Shown here: piece after piece, positions 11,068 through 23,974 of the stretch
How positions within the stretch are numbered: position 1 is the first letter of the stretch
Layout of the letters: the number at the start of each line of letters is the position of its first letter
NCBI GenBank assembly: GCA_964016885.1
Contig: OZ024741.1
Coordinates: forward strand, 388,802,001 to 388,866,000
Direction of reading: 5' to 3'
Length of the DNA: 64,000 bases
Source of the DNA: Eledone cirrhosa
Lineage: Eukaryota
Notes under the pieces: model-generated
The model's database searches: none
What the model saw: only the letters and a program-made list of their open reading frames with translations
What the model was told of the DNA's origin: nothing
Position numbers and translations under genes: made by a program

Positions 11068-14000
11068 TCTTCTTCTTCTGGTTCTTTTTCGCCTACTTAT
11101 TCCTCAAACACTCCTTCCAGCAAGTCCTGTCAGAAGCAAACATTTCCAACTGATCTGGCTGTTTTCCAACCATCTTATTCAGGGTCCTGGGTCTCCTGCC
11201 GTTAGTTTTGCCCATAAAATCTGTCCAGTGATTATTTCCTGAGACATTCTAACCACATGTCCGTAATATCAGAGCTGTGATTTCTCACTTCAGAGAAGTA
11301 GTAACTCTACCTGTAGTGACTCTCTGATCTCTGAGCTATGCACTCTATTGAGTAACATTACTCCAAAGACTCTTAAGAGGAACCCCATTTCAGCAGCTTG
11401 TATTAGTGATAATATTCTTCTGGTTATTACCCAAGATTCATGACCAGAGGTAAGGGTTGGCACTAATAACAAACTGAAGATAACGAGTTTAGTTTTTACA
11501 CCTACCTCCCTTCTTATGATTACCTAATGCTAAAGCTGGCACATTATTGCACCAGCTCCTGCAATTCTTGCACTTAATTCAGCCTCATGCCTTCCATCAC
11601 TCCTGAACACAGCCCTGAGATACTTGAACTTCTCCACCTGCTTCAGTGGACCTCCATTCACATGTAGTGTGTACAGCGCAGGCTTCCTTCAGTGGACGAG
11701 TGTCTCAGTTTTCACAGCACTGATTTTTATTGCTGCCATGCAACACTTGGCATCAAACCTATCAAGTGCAAGTTGAAGATCTCCTTCTGTCAAGTTAAGT
11801 GACACTATGTTGTCTGCAAATTCCAGCCAACTGATTTTACACCTGCCAGTCATGATACCACTTCCGACCTGGCTGCACATGTTAATCCTGTTCAGGAAAA
11901 TAATGAAAAGTACATGGAGTCCGACTCCCAGATTGAATGGTTTCCATTTAACACCATTTATCTCAACACAAACACTCGTACATTCTTAAAGAGACATCAA
12001 GGCAGCAAGAAGCTGATCATCGATCTCATACTCCTCCAGAACCTTCCACAGCAAGTCCCAAGGAACGCAATCATATTCCTTTCTGAGGTCTACAAAATAT
12101 ACTTTTTGGCAAAAATATTTGGTCAGTTGTGCTACATCCTGGACAAAAACCGAACTGTTCAACTGTTAATTTGGACTCTAACAATCTCCCTGCATCTATT
12201 TGGTAGACACTTAGCACAGGCTTTACCAGGGAGGTTTAACAAGGATATTACTCTGTTATTGGAACAATCCCTCTTGTCTCCCTTTTTGAAAATTGGGTTT
12301 ATCATTCCTGATTACCATTGTTTAGGTGCCTTTCCAGAGATTCAGGCCACTTGGCACACACGAGTCAGCCAGAGAATACCTTCTCTATTTAAGGCTTTTA
12401 ACATCTCGGGCTGGATTTTATCTTCCCCAGCAGCCTTGTCACATTTGAGTTCTTTAACTGCTCTTGTGACCTCAGCCTCCGAGAGATTAGTCACCATTTC
12501 CAGATGCACCTCATGTACACCAGAAGATGCTGTTGTGATTGGGTTTAGGAGATCAGCAAAGTATTCTCTCCACCTTGTGAGAATACACCTCTCTGCAGAG
12601 AAGAGAACCCCATATGCGTTCCTGATAGCAGGTGTGGAGGAGGGCTTCTTATTACAAAGTTGGTGGATGGTCTGCCAGAACACTTTATTTGTTGATCTGA
12701 AGTTAGATTCCAGCTTAAATCCGCCCATGTCTTAACTTTGGATGCCTTTAGTGTCTCTGCTGCGATTCTTCATGCATGCTTGTACCACAAGTACAAGAAA
12801 GAGGAGTTATTTCCAAGCCATGTAAGCCTCCTTCCTTGCTCGGATGGCATCTTTGACCTCTTGATTGAACCAAGGGATCCTCCTGCCATCTTCTTTCACC
12901 CACAGCCTTTAACAGCAGAAACTGCTGAGCTGAACAATCTCTACTCTGTCTCTACTGTGGTACTTTATGCCTGTTTGTACCATAAATGCAAGCTTTGTTG
13001 GCCTCTTTCTTGGATGGCATCTTTGACCTCTTGATTGAACCAAAGGATCATCCTGCCATCTGGTACCCCACCAAGCCTCCTTCACACACAGCATTTAACA
13101 GCTGAAGCAGAAACTGCTGAGCTGAACAATCTCTACTCTGTCTCAACATCCTCAGTTTGCTGAGGGAGTTCCCTGAATTTGGATGCAATAGTATCTGCAT
13201 ACCTGGTCCTGACTTCCTTATCCACCAATGCTCCCCACATTATCTTGTGGGTCACTCTGGACATGCCAGATTTGTGGGCTTCTTTAGTTTTAGGTAGTCT
13301 CAAGTTGCAGATAACTAGATGGTGATCAGTTGACAGAATCAAAGAGATCAGAGACAACAACAAAATCAATTATTGATCTCTGTCCATGATTCCCCTTATA
13401 TCATGTATATTTATGGATGTCTCTGTGCTGGAAGAAGGAGTTCATAGTAGAGAGACCACTGCTAGAAGAGAAATCTAATAAGGCAGATCAGACTCGCTGT
13501 TCCTTCCAATCACTGCTTTCCATGTCAGGTGGTCAGTACCAATATGTACATTGAAGTCTCCCATTAGGATATATGACTCCATCTCAACTACATCTAACCA
13601 CCCACAGAGATCTATCTTTCAGCCTAAGCTTCAAGAGGCAAACCTCCCTCCTAATGGAATCCACTCCATAACACATTCTGACAGCCAGGGAATTGTGAGT
13701 ACCCCCACTCCCACCTATGCAGTCATTTCTAGCACCACACCTGAATAGTGGAGTTTCCACCTGTCATCCAAATCTACAGTATCAGAGTCATGGAACCTTG
13801 TTGGGGAAACCCTGATTATATCTATCCGATAGCAGCTAGCTTCCTCCACTAGTTCCTGCCCCTTGCTTGTAAGGGTTGTGATGTTCCAGGTTCCAATTGT
13901 AAAGTTTTGTTTCCTTCCAAATCCTCTTTCGGGTCTCAGGATACAGAGTCTTTGTGCGTCTATCCCATTCCTCCCAGAACAGATTGCAGGCCCATTGCCA

Positions 14001-14425
14001 ATTTTTGCAACAGGAAATGGATACTGCAATATATTTTTCGAACATGCGCCTCTTCCTAAGGCCTCAATGCGTCCCTTGTTCACCCATGTGAAGAACAATG
14101 TGGTATGGTTCTTTTACGTTCTTCTCACCATATTGCAGTTTTGGTGGTCTTATTCGTGTTAGTCACCAATCTGGCAGTTTCTCAAACACTCGAAAACTAG
14201 ACTTTTTTAGAGACAGCCTTTACTTGCCTCGTCATATCTACATCACTAGATAGTAAGAGTTTTTTGGGGAGGTACATCGCTCTATGTCCCACAGTGGTTT
14301 ACTGTATTGGTCTGGGGCTGCTTATTCATGTGGTAGCTGCCTGCTTATATCGCAACTAACCATCGTATCTAGCGGCTATATCACTATCCACCACCAGTGA
14401 CCCTTTCTGTAACAGAACAGCTCTG
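11068..14425 (-). mobile_element. Near full-length (~3.35 kb) decayed RTE family 1 LINE: 5' UTR, AP endonuclease, RT, (GAA)n tail
   Basis: Motifs GTWNITTL (APE), GDFNVHIG, STDHHLV, KAAGEDKIQPEMLK, FADNI and PTLTSGHESWV...AAEMGFL. The 5' limit is inferred from where similarity to 49500-49860 ends. Confidence 0.9.
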
Positions 14426-14518
14426 CCAAGAATACCAAAGTTGAAAAAATAGTTTGTCTAAATTAGTTCAACAAAACAAAGCAGTCAGATGTGAGTACCT
14501 CAAAAGAATGTTATTTAA

Positions 14519-14728
14519 CCCTTTAGTATTCACATTACTCTATATTTACTATTGTATTTTCATGGTAAAGGCTTTACCTCAAATAATATCTCACATAATA
14601 TTGAATCTATGAGATCTTGATATTATTTATTTGAAGAACAATACCTTAACATCAGTATGAATGGCTAGTTATGGCCAGTTTGAACAGAAAGAGACGAGAG
14701 AATTCTGGCTGGGTTAAATGTTAAAGGG
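14519..14728. mobile_element. piggyBac-type MITE
   Basis: TTAA|CCCTTTAGTATT ... AATGTTAAAGGG|TTAA. Confidence 0.75.
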
Positions 14729-15198
14729 TTAAGGCTCCGATAAGACTTGCAACTTTCATTCAGTTTCATTTTATTGTTGAGTTTTCCATTCACATTAATT
14801 CACTTTCATTTTAAGGCAAAACATTACCTAAGTATGTTTGTGTTTGCATTTATGTTTACACTGTTGTAACAAAGTAAAAGTAGATCAACAATTAACAATT
14901 GATAAAATAGATATAGACTACATTCCAAATCTATCCCAAGTGAATTCATTTAGAAAAATTAAAATGGAGAAAATTTTGTGAAGAATCTAGAGATAAGCTC
15001 TCAAATTTCAATGCTCTACTTTCTCAACCAGACCTGACAACATTTAAAATATATCAAACACTGAGTATTGAATTACATATTATCATGAACTGGTTGTAGA
15101 GAATCACCTCTATGTTCTTGTGGTGATTTGCAGAAACTCTGGCATTATTTGTTCCAATGCGGTGGATTGGCAGAAACTCTGGCATTATTTGTTCCATT

Positions 15199-15383
15199 GG
15201 CGGTGGATTGGCAGTATCGGTAGAGGGTCGGACGCCATGCTTTCCAGCATAGTTACGTCCCTTTACGATCTGAGTTCAAATCCCGCCGAGGTTGACTTTG
15301 CCTTTCATCCTTACGGGGTTGATAAAATAAAGTACCAGTAATGCACTGGGTAATTGCTGGCCTTGTGCCTAAAGTAGAAACAA
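15199..15383 (+). mobile_element. Family A SINE, full-length young copy
   Basis: Near-identical to 44948-45122 and 60182-60366. TSD attatttgttcca. Confidence 0.9.
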
Positions 15384-16557
15384 TTATTTGTTCCAATGCA
15401 AAAACTATCAGACTGAGAAAGAGGACATCTTGAAGTCAATCATAAAAAAAGTACCAATATTGGAGATACAATATATTGTAAAAGATCTACCAACTATAAA
15501 TAAAATCTTTAAGTGCATGGAGGTTATGAAAAGATTCAACAACAGAACCTTCTAGCTTCTTTACAGCTTCCCTTGCTTCCTATTTTTCTTTATATTTTTT
15601 AAATGCTTATTTTGCCTCCCATTAACCTTCCCTATTTAATTTTTTTTATTCAATTTAATTTTTTAAAAACTGTATTTTTATTTTTATATTCAATTATCTT
15701 TGTATATCTTTTTTCTTTTTGTTTCTTAACTGTAAGAAGTACTAAATACTTCTCCTAGTCTGTCATGGCTTACTAGCTCTATATGGATGTTTAAATTGAT
15801 TAAATAAATATACAACAAACTGTATTCAGTACTGGTGACTATACAGTCGAGTAAACCCTTGGTGGTGTCCTATCATGACCACTGTCCAATAAAAGAATAC
15901 ATAGCTAAAAACCATCATAAGTTTTACAGATACCTGCATGACCTTACAATATTTGATTTCATGTCATGGTAACTACTTATTTTACATAGATAAGTACATC
16001 TTCTAATGGTGCTTATCTTTGGCTGTTGTTTATCCCAGGTCAGTTCTGATTGAACACACTTTAACTCCTTTGATACCAAACCGCTCTGATTGTACTATAC
16101 ACAACGTTTTTGTCTTAAAGTGTTTATATTTATCTAAAAAAAACCCAAATTATCATGATTTTTTTAAAGAACCCTTTTAAAGTGTTTTAAACACCAGCTT
16201 ATTAATGAGAAAGTTAGTTGTGATTACTAAATCTCTCCTAATTCGTAATTATTTTCAAAATGTCTTTCATTAGAAATATGCTAACATAAGCAACATTCTT
16301 CAACACACAAATAACCTTGAGGTTCGTGTCTTATCTTCAAGTAGGGTTGACATTTGATTTCTCTCTGAAAATCTTTTCCACCCTTTGACTAGTTTTATTT
16401 GCTCCTCCAGGTAACTTGGTTAGTTGCTGATTTACAAAGTACCAGAGACATGTAAATTCTCATCTAACGATCATAGTGTATCGAGGACTATTATTTAATG
16501 TGCCCTTGTTTGTGAGGGTGATTTAGCTGATATTTCAGGTCGAGAAATCACTTAGAT

Positions 16558-16828
16558 CAGGCATTGGCAACCTTTTTCAAGAAGAGGGTCGCATGATATA
16601 TGGGTCATCATCAGGCAGGCCGCAAGTGCTAATTTACATTTGTGTCCACATTAAAAAAGAGGGGAGTTTTGATTTGTTTTTTCAGAATTTGTACACGTTC
16701 TTTTCCTCGATCGTAAAAATGATAGAAAGATAAATTACGACTGAAAAGTTTGGGTAAAAAAATCAGAAAGATTTCACTTAGGCGAGCCATCCAGAAAGCT
16801 TTGTGGGCTGCATGCGGGCCCATGATTG
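16558..16828. mobile_element. hAT (Charlie-like) MITE
   Basis: 8-bp TSD ACTTAGAT at 16550-16557 and 16829-16836. Left end CAGGCATTGGCAAC. The right TIR is degenerate. Confidence 0.65.
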
Positions 16829-16849
16829 ACTTAGATGCTTGACCATTGA

Positions 16850-17110
16850 CTTCTTCTTAGCCCTCTTATTCCTGAGACGGTTTCGGGGCCAGAGTCCTCA
16901 AATACTCCTTCCAGTGGGTCCTGGGTCCTGTCAGAAACAACCATCGCTAATTGATCTGGCTGGATCCCCAAGCGAGACCAGCAGAGCTCATGATTATCCA
17001 ACCATCTTGCTCAGGGTCTATCCCTGAGTCTCCTGCCTGTAAAATCCTCTGTCCAACGATTCTTTCCTGAGACATTCTAACTACATGCCCGTAATATCAG
17101 AGCTGTGATT
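16850..17110 (-). mobile_element. RTE family 1 3' fragment
   Basis: Homologous to 11068-11285 and to the reverse complement of 7730-7990. Tail ttcttctt. Confidence 0.8.
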
Positions 17111-17277
17111 ACTTCAAAAACTCATTGGAGGAACTTTTCCTATTACCCACTCTACTACCCTAAGTATCAAGTACTCTGGTGCGTTATGGTCCACCTGGTT
17201 CCTTACCACACTTCCTTCGTTATATGTATATATATATATATACATACACCACATATATATATGTGTGTGTGGGTGCA

Positions 17278-17342
<65 letters not shown>

Positions 17343-17759
17343 TCCAGTCCTACAAACTGTAGAGTGCTTCTTATCCGATATCTGCATTGCTTTATTGTAC
17401 TACAATAAAACTCACCTCCTACATATATTTATATATATATATATCTAAAATTAAATTAAGAGTGTCATGTCTGAGAGACATGTGCCATATCCACTGCAGA
17501 ATATGCTCAAAGATTCCAATGAATAGATCCGAGCATTTTATATCAACTAGAAATTGATTGACATATATATATAAAATAAACAAATGAAACAATCACAGGG
17601 AATAATTTGTAAAGTGTGTAAGCACACACAGCTAGGCAGGTAACTAATTAAAGTTTAACTAGAACTTCAAATATAGATACCCTTTAAAATGATTAATCTC
17701 CTTTGTGTATATCTCATTAAATAAAGAAATATATTTCACCATCAATCGGTAAATCACAG

Positions 17760-17798
<39 letters not shown>

Positions 17799-18165
17799 CC
17801 AGTAAAATCATATTTTAGTGTTTCTGAAGAAGACTGTCAACCGAACAGGACTTTCGAGACTAAAAATAGGTAGTAGCCTAACCACTACCGATACATCGAT
17901 CTTCCACGATCAATCGACCCTCTGAAACGATCGTAAAAGAACGAAATAATTAACTACCCACCCCTGCCTTCCGTCTATTTTTCATTGTTCTATGCACAAA
18001 CACACACATATATAAAATGACTGTATCCTGGGTGGATCTCCTTTGGGGAAACCTTAAGCGGTGGTACTACAAAAACTACTGATCACACTACCGAATCTCG
18101 CTGTAACCATCTTTCCAAGGACACATTGAGTTCTAATAACGTTACCAGCCCCACCACAACCAAGT

Positions 18166-18243
18166 GGAAGATCCCGTAATAGGGCGGAAGCAGCGATTCT
18201 TTGCTTAAACTTTCATCCGCACTAATAATAAATGAATAAATAA

Positions 18244-18300
<57 letters not shown>

Positions 18301-18362
18301 GTAAAATAACAGATTAAAGTTTCAGCAAGGAATCGCTGCTTTCACCCTTAATAGGATCTTCT
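18166..18362. repeat. ~50-bp imperfect inverted repeat flanking a (TA)n tract
   Basis: gaagatcccgtaatagggcggaagcagcgattctttgcttaaacttt is mirrored by aaagtttcagcaaggaatcgctgctttcacccttaataggatcttc. Confidence 0.75.
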
Positions 18363-18639
18363 GAAATATTTGCTCTAGGGTTCTTATATATTTGATATAT
18401 ATTTATCCTTATCGAGCCCTCTTTGGATTTTAGTCTTCACATTTATTATTATTACTATATATATATATATATATATATATAAATGAGAGGTATAGAGATT
18501 GTTTTAGCAAGAAGCTAACGGCATTCTATAACATATATGCGACTATAACGTCAAGATGGGAAAAGTAGTTAACGAAATACATATATACACACACACATAT
18601 ACATATTTATATAAATACATATATATATATATATAAGGA

Positions 18640-18730
18640 TGCATAAGCGAGTGTTCGAATCCACGGAGAGGCTGGCCGCAAAACACGAGCCTCGCTGACA
18701 ACGCATGCGCAGAAAGAATAGCGGTTTGAA
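18640..18730 (+). promoter_or_regulatory. Probable Pol II promoter with an NRF1/EWG-type site
   Basis: CpG-rich unique sequence. ACGCATGCGCAG at 18701-18712 matches the TGCGCATGCG motif on the minus strand. Confidence 0.5.
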
Positions 18731-18968
18731 TGGAACTGGATTCCTGCGAGTTTTGGAATAAAGCTGAGGAGGTTAGAGTTCATCAGTGGCAGTGAGTGAT
18801 AGGAAGAGGAGGTGAAAGAAAGAAGTAGAAAGACTTGAGGCTAAGCAGTCAAAGTACTAAGTGATTCTGAGCGTATTCAGTTATAATTTTTATTATCTTC
18901 AGCATCTAACGAAATTCTGGATTCTGTACACTGTATAAGAAAACAAATGAAGAGTTGAAAAATTGCAG
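18730..18968 (+). other. Candidate non-coding first exon (5' UTR)
   Basis: Purine-rich stretch ending in CAG|GTAAAA at 18968, followed by T-rich intron-like sequence. Tiny uORF ATG AAG AGT TGA at 18947-18958. The start position is approximate. Confidence 0.4.
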
Positions 18969-19376
18969 GTAAAATATATGTGTATATTATCCCTTTTTCT
19001 TATTTTTATCTTTGTTTTTTCCCTACATAGTTGTCTTATATTTTATCGTGTTAGTTTCTGTTGTTGTAATGGTGTCATGTGGTTTGGTTGGAGCCACGGC
19101 ATGGATTCGCTTTTCTGTTTTTCCCTTCTCCCCCCTGGCAGTTGTCCTTGCCGGGAAAATTGTTCTAATCTTATCTAGTTTAATCCTGATCAATAAACAA
19201 TACGCATCTACAGCGGTTCAACATATTTGATTGTTCTCATTGTGTATTTGGCTTCACATAAGCGTACGTACACACACACCCACACACACGTGTGTGTGTG
19301 TGTATGTGTCTAGCACACACACACACACATTATATATATATACACACACAAAGATTTATATCCACATAGTTTTGTT

Positions 19377-19416
<40 letters not shown>

Positions 19417-19734
19417 CACACATATATATATACACACACACATACTCGCACACGTTTTACAAACATTGTCATACACTCACGTCTGTTATGGCGTGTTGTC
19501 AAATCAAATGTTTAGAATTATGGGGACGAACAATTAATTTGTATATATACATATAAGAATTGTTCAGAAGATGCTAGAATTTAATTATAGGAAGTATTAT
19601 TTTCCGATGAAAATCTGAGAGGAAGACTTTTATGTTGCATTCTTGGATAAGCTTGTCAAAGCTGTCGGCTGCCTTCATTCAAATCGAAAGCAAATGTAAC
19701 ATGACATTTGTATTATTGCTTGTATGTAAAGGCA

Positions 19735-20475
19735 CTTGTGTGTATGTGTGCGCTGTGTTTGTGTGTGCGACTGCTTGTTCGTACTTGTTTCTATGTGCGT
19801 TTGTATATATTAATCTACGTGCCTGTTTGAGTGTATATGAAGCTACGTGCTTGTTTGTGTGTGTATGAAGTTACGTGCTTGTTTTTGTGTGTATGAAGTT
19901 ACGTGCTTCTTCGTTTGTATGTATGTGAACCTGTTTACTTGTTTGTATATGTGTGTGCTTGTTTGTGTGTATATGAATCGGTGTTTGTGTAAATCTGTGC
20001 TTGTATGTGAATCTGTGAGCTTGCTTGTGTGTAAGTGAATGTGTATGCCTGTTTGTGTATGTGTGAATCTGTATGCCTGTCTCTGTGTGTGAGTGAATCT
20101 AAGTCTCTGTGTATGTGTGAATCTGTGAGCTTGTTTGTGTATGTGAATCTAAATGTCTGTGTTTGTATATCGATATGCTTGTGTGTGTGTGTGTGTGAAT
20201 CCGTGTGCTTGTTTGTGTGTATGTAAATCTAAGTCTGTATGCATGCATACATGGATACATAAAGACACAGTGTCTATATCTGTCTGTACAAGAATGTATG
20301 TGGTGTCATCGCGTATATGTGCATTTTCTTTATGCATCTTATAGCACAAGTGAATATGCATGTAGTTTCCCTTAGTAGTGCATATGTAATGCATATATGT
20401 GTGTGTATGTGTGTAATGTGCTGTATACACATATTGTTGTATGGGTGTATGTATAGATATCCATGTGTGTCATGT
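19735..20475. repeat. Degenerate TG-rich low-complexity / minisatellite region
   Basis: Repeated gtgtatgtgtgaatctgt-like units. Confidence 0.8.
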
Positions 20476-23464
20476 TTTTTTATTGCTATTCATAATATAT
20501 AGACTGTCTCTTGCGAGAATATTTTGCATTTCGTTAAGCGAAGGAAACCTTAATGCAGAGCAACATTTTTACGGTGTTTTATTTATATATTGTTTTGCCT
20601 TAGCATGAGTTTGAATAGTTGAAGGAAAACAACTACTTTTTGTCATCCTTATTTACACAGGTAATTATAATAGATAGGATTCGGTCGGACACATTATTCT
20701 CCACTCACCGACCACTGTACTGGATATTTCTGTTAATAAAGGAAAAGAAAATAAAAGGTGGGTAATAAGAAAATACATTCGTCTTTATATTTCATCTCGG
20801 CAACAACGACGAGGAAGATGTCTTCGTTGAAGTAATATTTTTAGAATTTATCGTTTGTCGAAAGTTTTGTTAGTTTGAATGATTTATTTTTCAAATAATG
20901 TCCCTTCCGTTGAGATTTATTTAAGTAACGTCCTTTTAATCACTATACTAAAGGTGTATTCCAGGTGGTTGCCTTTTGTAGTCCTCTCATTAATCAGGTT
21001 AATTTTTTTTCTTGATGAAACTAACAATGTGGTTCATTTTATTCTTTACATTGTCTTTCTATTGCTATTTATTCATTATTTATTTAAAATTGTTCTAAGA
21101 ATTCTAAACCTGAACGCAATAAGTCTGCTATTTGCCGATTTTTCTTTCGGTGGGGTTGGAGGACAATTAATTATATTTTCAAATTGGATCTCATTGTTGA
21201 CGGTATATGATCTTTATCATATTTTCATAAAAAAAATCTCATCTAAGGTTTTGTTCCACTTGCTATCCTTTTTTACCTTTCATAACTGTTGCCGTTGTGG
21301 CACGTGAGTTGAGCAGGGATTCTTCCCCACCCCTTTCTACTTTTTCCTTTTAGTTTTGTTTTGCAAGCCGACACCTGTGTTTTCTGATATTTCAGACAAC
21401 CAATCTTCAGATAGTGTGGGTCGCTAAAAGCAGTAGTCAGCCATCTGTGACTGCAGCATCAACTGGATGATGTTCCACTTTTAGATTTCACCTTTTATAT
21501 TATTTTCTCCGTCTATATTTCATTTTTAACACTTATTTCGCTTTTGAATTCGAAATAATAATCTTGCCTGATTCTTATCGAAGAGATTGCTTTCTTGATT
21601 TATGGTGTTTTTGCCTTCCCCCACCTTTCTCTTCCCTCCCTTTCTCTCTCTACCATATCTGTACTAAAGTACCAGTAAAGTATATTGTAAACAGTAAACT
21701 GTGTTCATAATTTCAAATATTTTTTTGATTTAATTTTTTTTAAACGCAAATGTGTAATTGAACAATATTTTTATAACCAACTTTATTAAAAAAAAAAGTT
21801 TAATCCCCCAATTTCCCTTAACCTCGCTTTCCTCTCAACCTCTTCTCTTTCTCTTTAATTATTTCTCTTTAAAGATATGTTTGTGCAATCAAATCTTTTT
21901 GTTCGATTAACAGATGTTTTTTTCACAATGAATGAATGAATGAAAGAAAAATAAATAAATGTATGCTCTGATTAATTAGTATTGTTTCTCATACGCTGTT
22001 TTATTTTTCTCTGTAGGATTTGCTTGTTATATGTAAAGAAAAGGGGAGGGGGCATTTATTCACTTTAATGAAAGTGAACTTACAGCATATAAATTACAAC
22101 AACCTCTTCAGTATTCTTATATATGTTGTGATTAACTCGAGTGGTATGTAAGGAAGAAAAAAGGGGATTGGAATCATTCGTATAAATTACTAATTAGAAC
22201 ATATATTACGGTTATCACTTTTTTTTTTGTATTATTATTGTTAAAGCATTATTATAGATGTTAATGCTTGCATGTCTGGATCCAAACAGGATATATGATA
22301 TGACGTCTGAATTGTATAATATAATTGCTTCACTTTGTTCGACATTTGCTTGGAATATATATATATGTCCGGTCAAATGAGTAACAGCAGAAAGTTGGAA
22401 ATTAATTCTTTTATCGTAAATGCTATTGAAAATGTGCTTCCTTGGATGGGATCTGTCTGACAGATCATTTCCTAAATTTTGATTTTATCTTTAATTTACT
22501 TTCAACAAATATTAATTAAATTATTAAAATTTAATAATGTTTGTTTAATGTGACGGATTGTACTGTCCTTTTAAGATACCTATTGAACTATGTTTCTTCG
22601 TTAATGTTCTCGTGTGTGTTCAATGATTTTTCAACACATCCACAAATATAGGTATATGTGCGTGTACAAATAAATAAATAGAATATTATGCTAACCTATC
22701 ACAAAAGCTCGGTGTCATTAAATTTGCGTTGTGGTAGTGAAAAGTAGCATTTTAAAAATTCATTTATGATAAACGGTAAAAAAACAATTCAATCAATTTA
22801 GGGGTAGAATTTTAAAATTTTCTTTTTTACAGCTGTTAGCTAACAAGGATGTATATTTCGGTTCTTGTATTTGGTTTATGTTATTTCCTAAAATTATTCG
22901 ATATCTTCATAAAGTATTATCAGGGGTAGTATTTCGCGAAGTGACTTCTGCGAGAATCTGTTGATTTTATTTAATTGAACAAATTCTCCCCAAAGCAATT
23001 TTTTTTATCATTTAAATTAGGGTAGCGGAGATAAGTTGAGAGAAACGCTGCTGTAGGCTATAAAGTAATTGACTTTTGCTTATTATTCAGGCATTAAAAA
23101 GTTTTTTAAAAAGAACCTTGCCAGAATTTATATTTCCTTAAAGAGAAGACAAATTTTGGAAGGGAAGAAATATGTAGTCTATAAAATCACTCAGTGTATG
23201 ATGAATTTTTCACCGTTCTACTATGCATGCTAAATCAGTGATCGAAGTCTAGAATTTAGTGAATGTTTTCTAAATTATAGTTTCATTTGAATATTCTGTA
23301 GGTTTTCCCATATTCTGTATTAATGCTACTTTGAGTGTACGCAGTTATCTTTATTTTTTTAAAAAGAAGAAAATTACCATTAGATTTATATTTTGTACTG
23401 TATTATTTTGGAATGCTCAGTATTTTAAATATTAAATACTTTATCTTTCACTGTGCATTTTAAA

Positions 23465-23575
23465 GGTGGGTAGCTTGGCAGAGCCGTTAGAGCGTTGATA
23501 TTTGTTCCAGCTTTCTGCGATCTGAGTTCAAATTCCGTTGAGGTCCATTTTGCCTTTCATTCTTTACCAGTCCAA
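23465..23575 (+). mobile_element. Diverged family A SINE
   Basis: tggcagagccgttagagcg...tctgagttcaaattcc...tttgcctttcatt. Confidence 0.65.
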
Positions 23576-23974
23576 TGCTGACGCAGATCTTCCTTCCTTT
23601 TAGCTGACATAAGCTGAGTATTCAGCTGGATCAAGAAGAGAGTGTATCTGTGTCTGCTTTTGATTGCATAGGCACTTAAAACCCTTAGCGATATCAAGTG
23701 TGTGCATTTCCATACATTTAAAATAGTATTAAAATTTTCAAAGTGATTGCTGTCATGTAAATTTATTATTCAATGTCTTAATGTATTGCATTTCTCTTAT
23801 CTAATTTAAAATGGTAAATTTTAAAATGTTTTATTAATAAAAAAAAAAATCATAACATGTATTTCAAATAACAACATTACAGATATTTAAAAACGGAAAA
23901 TGAGGGGAAGAGCAAAGACTCTAGGGTTACAAAAGAATGGGAGGGTGATGGGAGCCTAGGGCAGTGTTGGGGCT

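Noticed and set aside
11914-12735. 273-aa + strand ORF
   Set aside because: It is the antisense frame of the minus-strand RTE RT region and has no independent protein features.
15199-15290. tRNA genes at A/B-box sequences
   Set aside because: They continue into SINE bodies with TSDs and do not form a complete cloverleaf; they are SINE heads.
21380-21418. Minus-strand CTGAAGA...GAAATATC
   Set aside because: There is no credible stem I or stem II, so it is likely chance.
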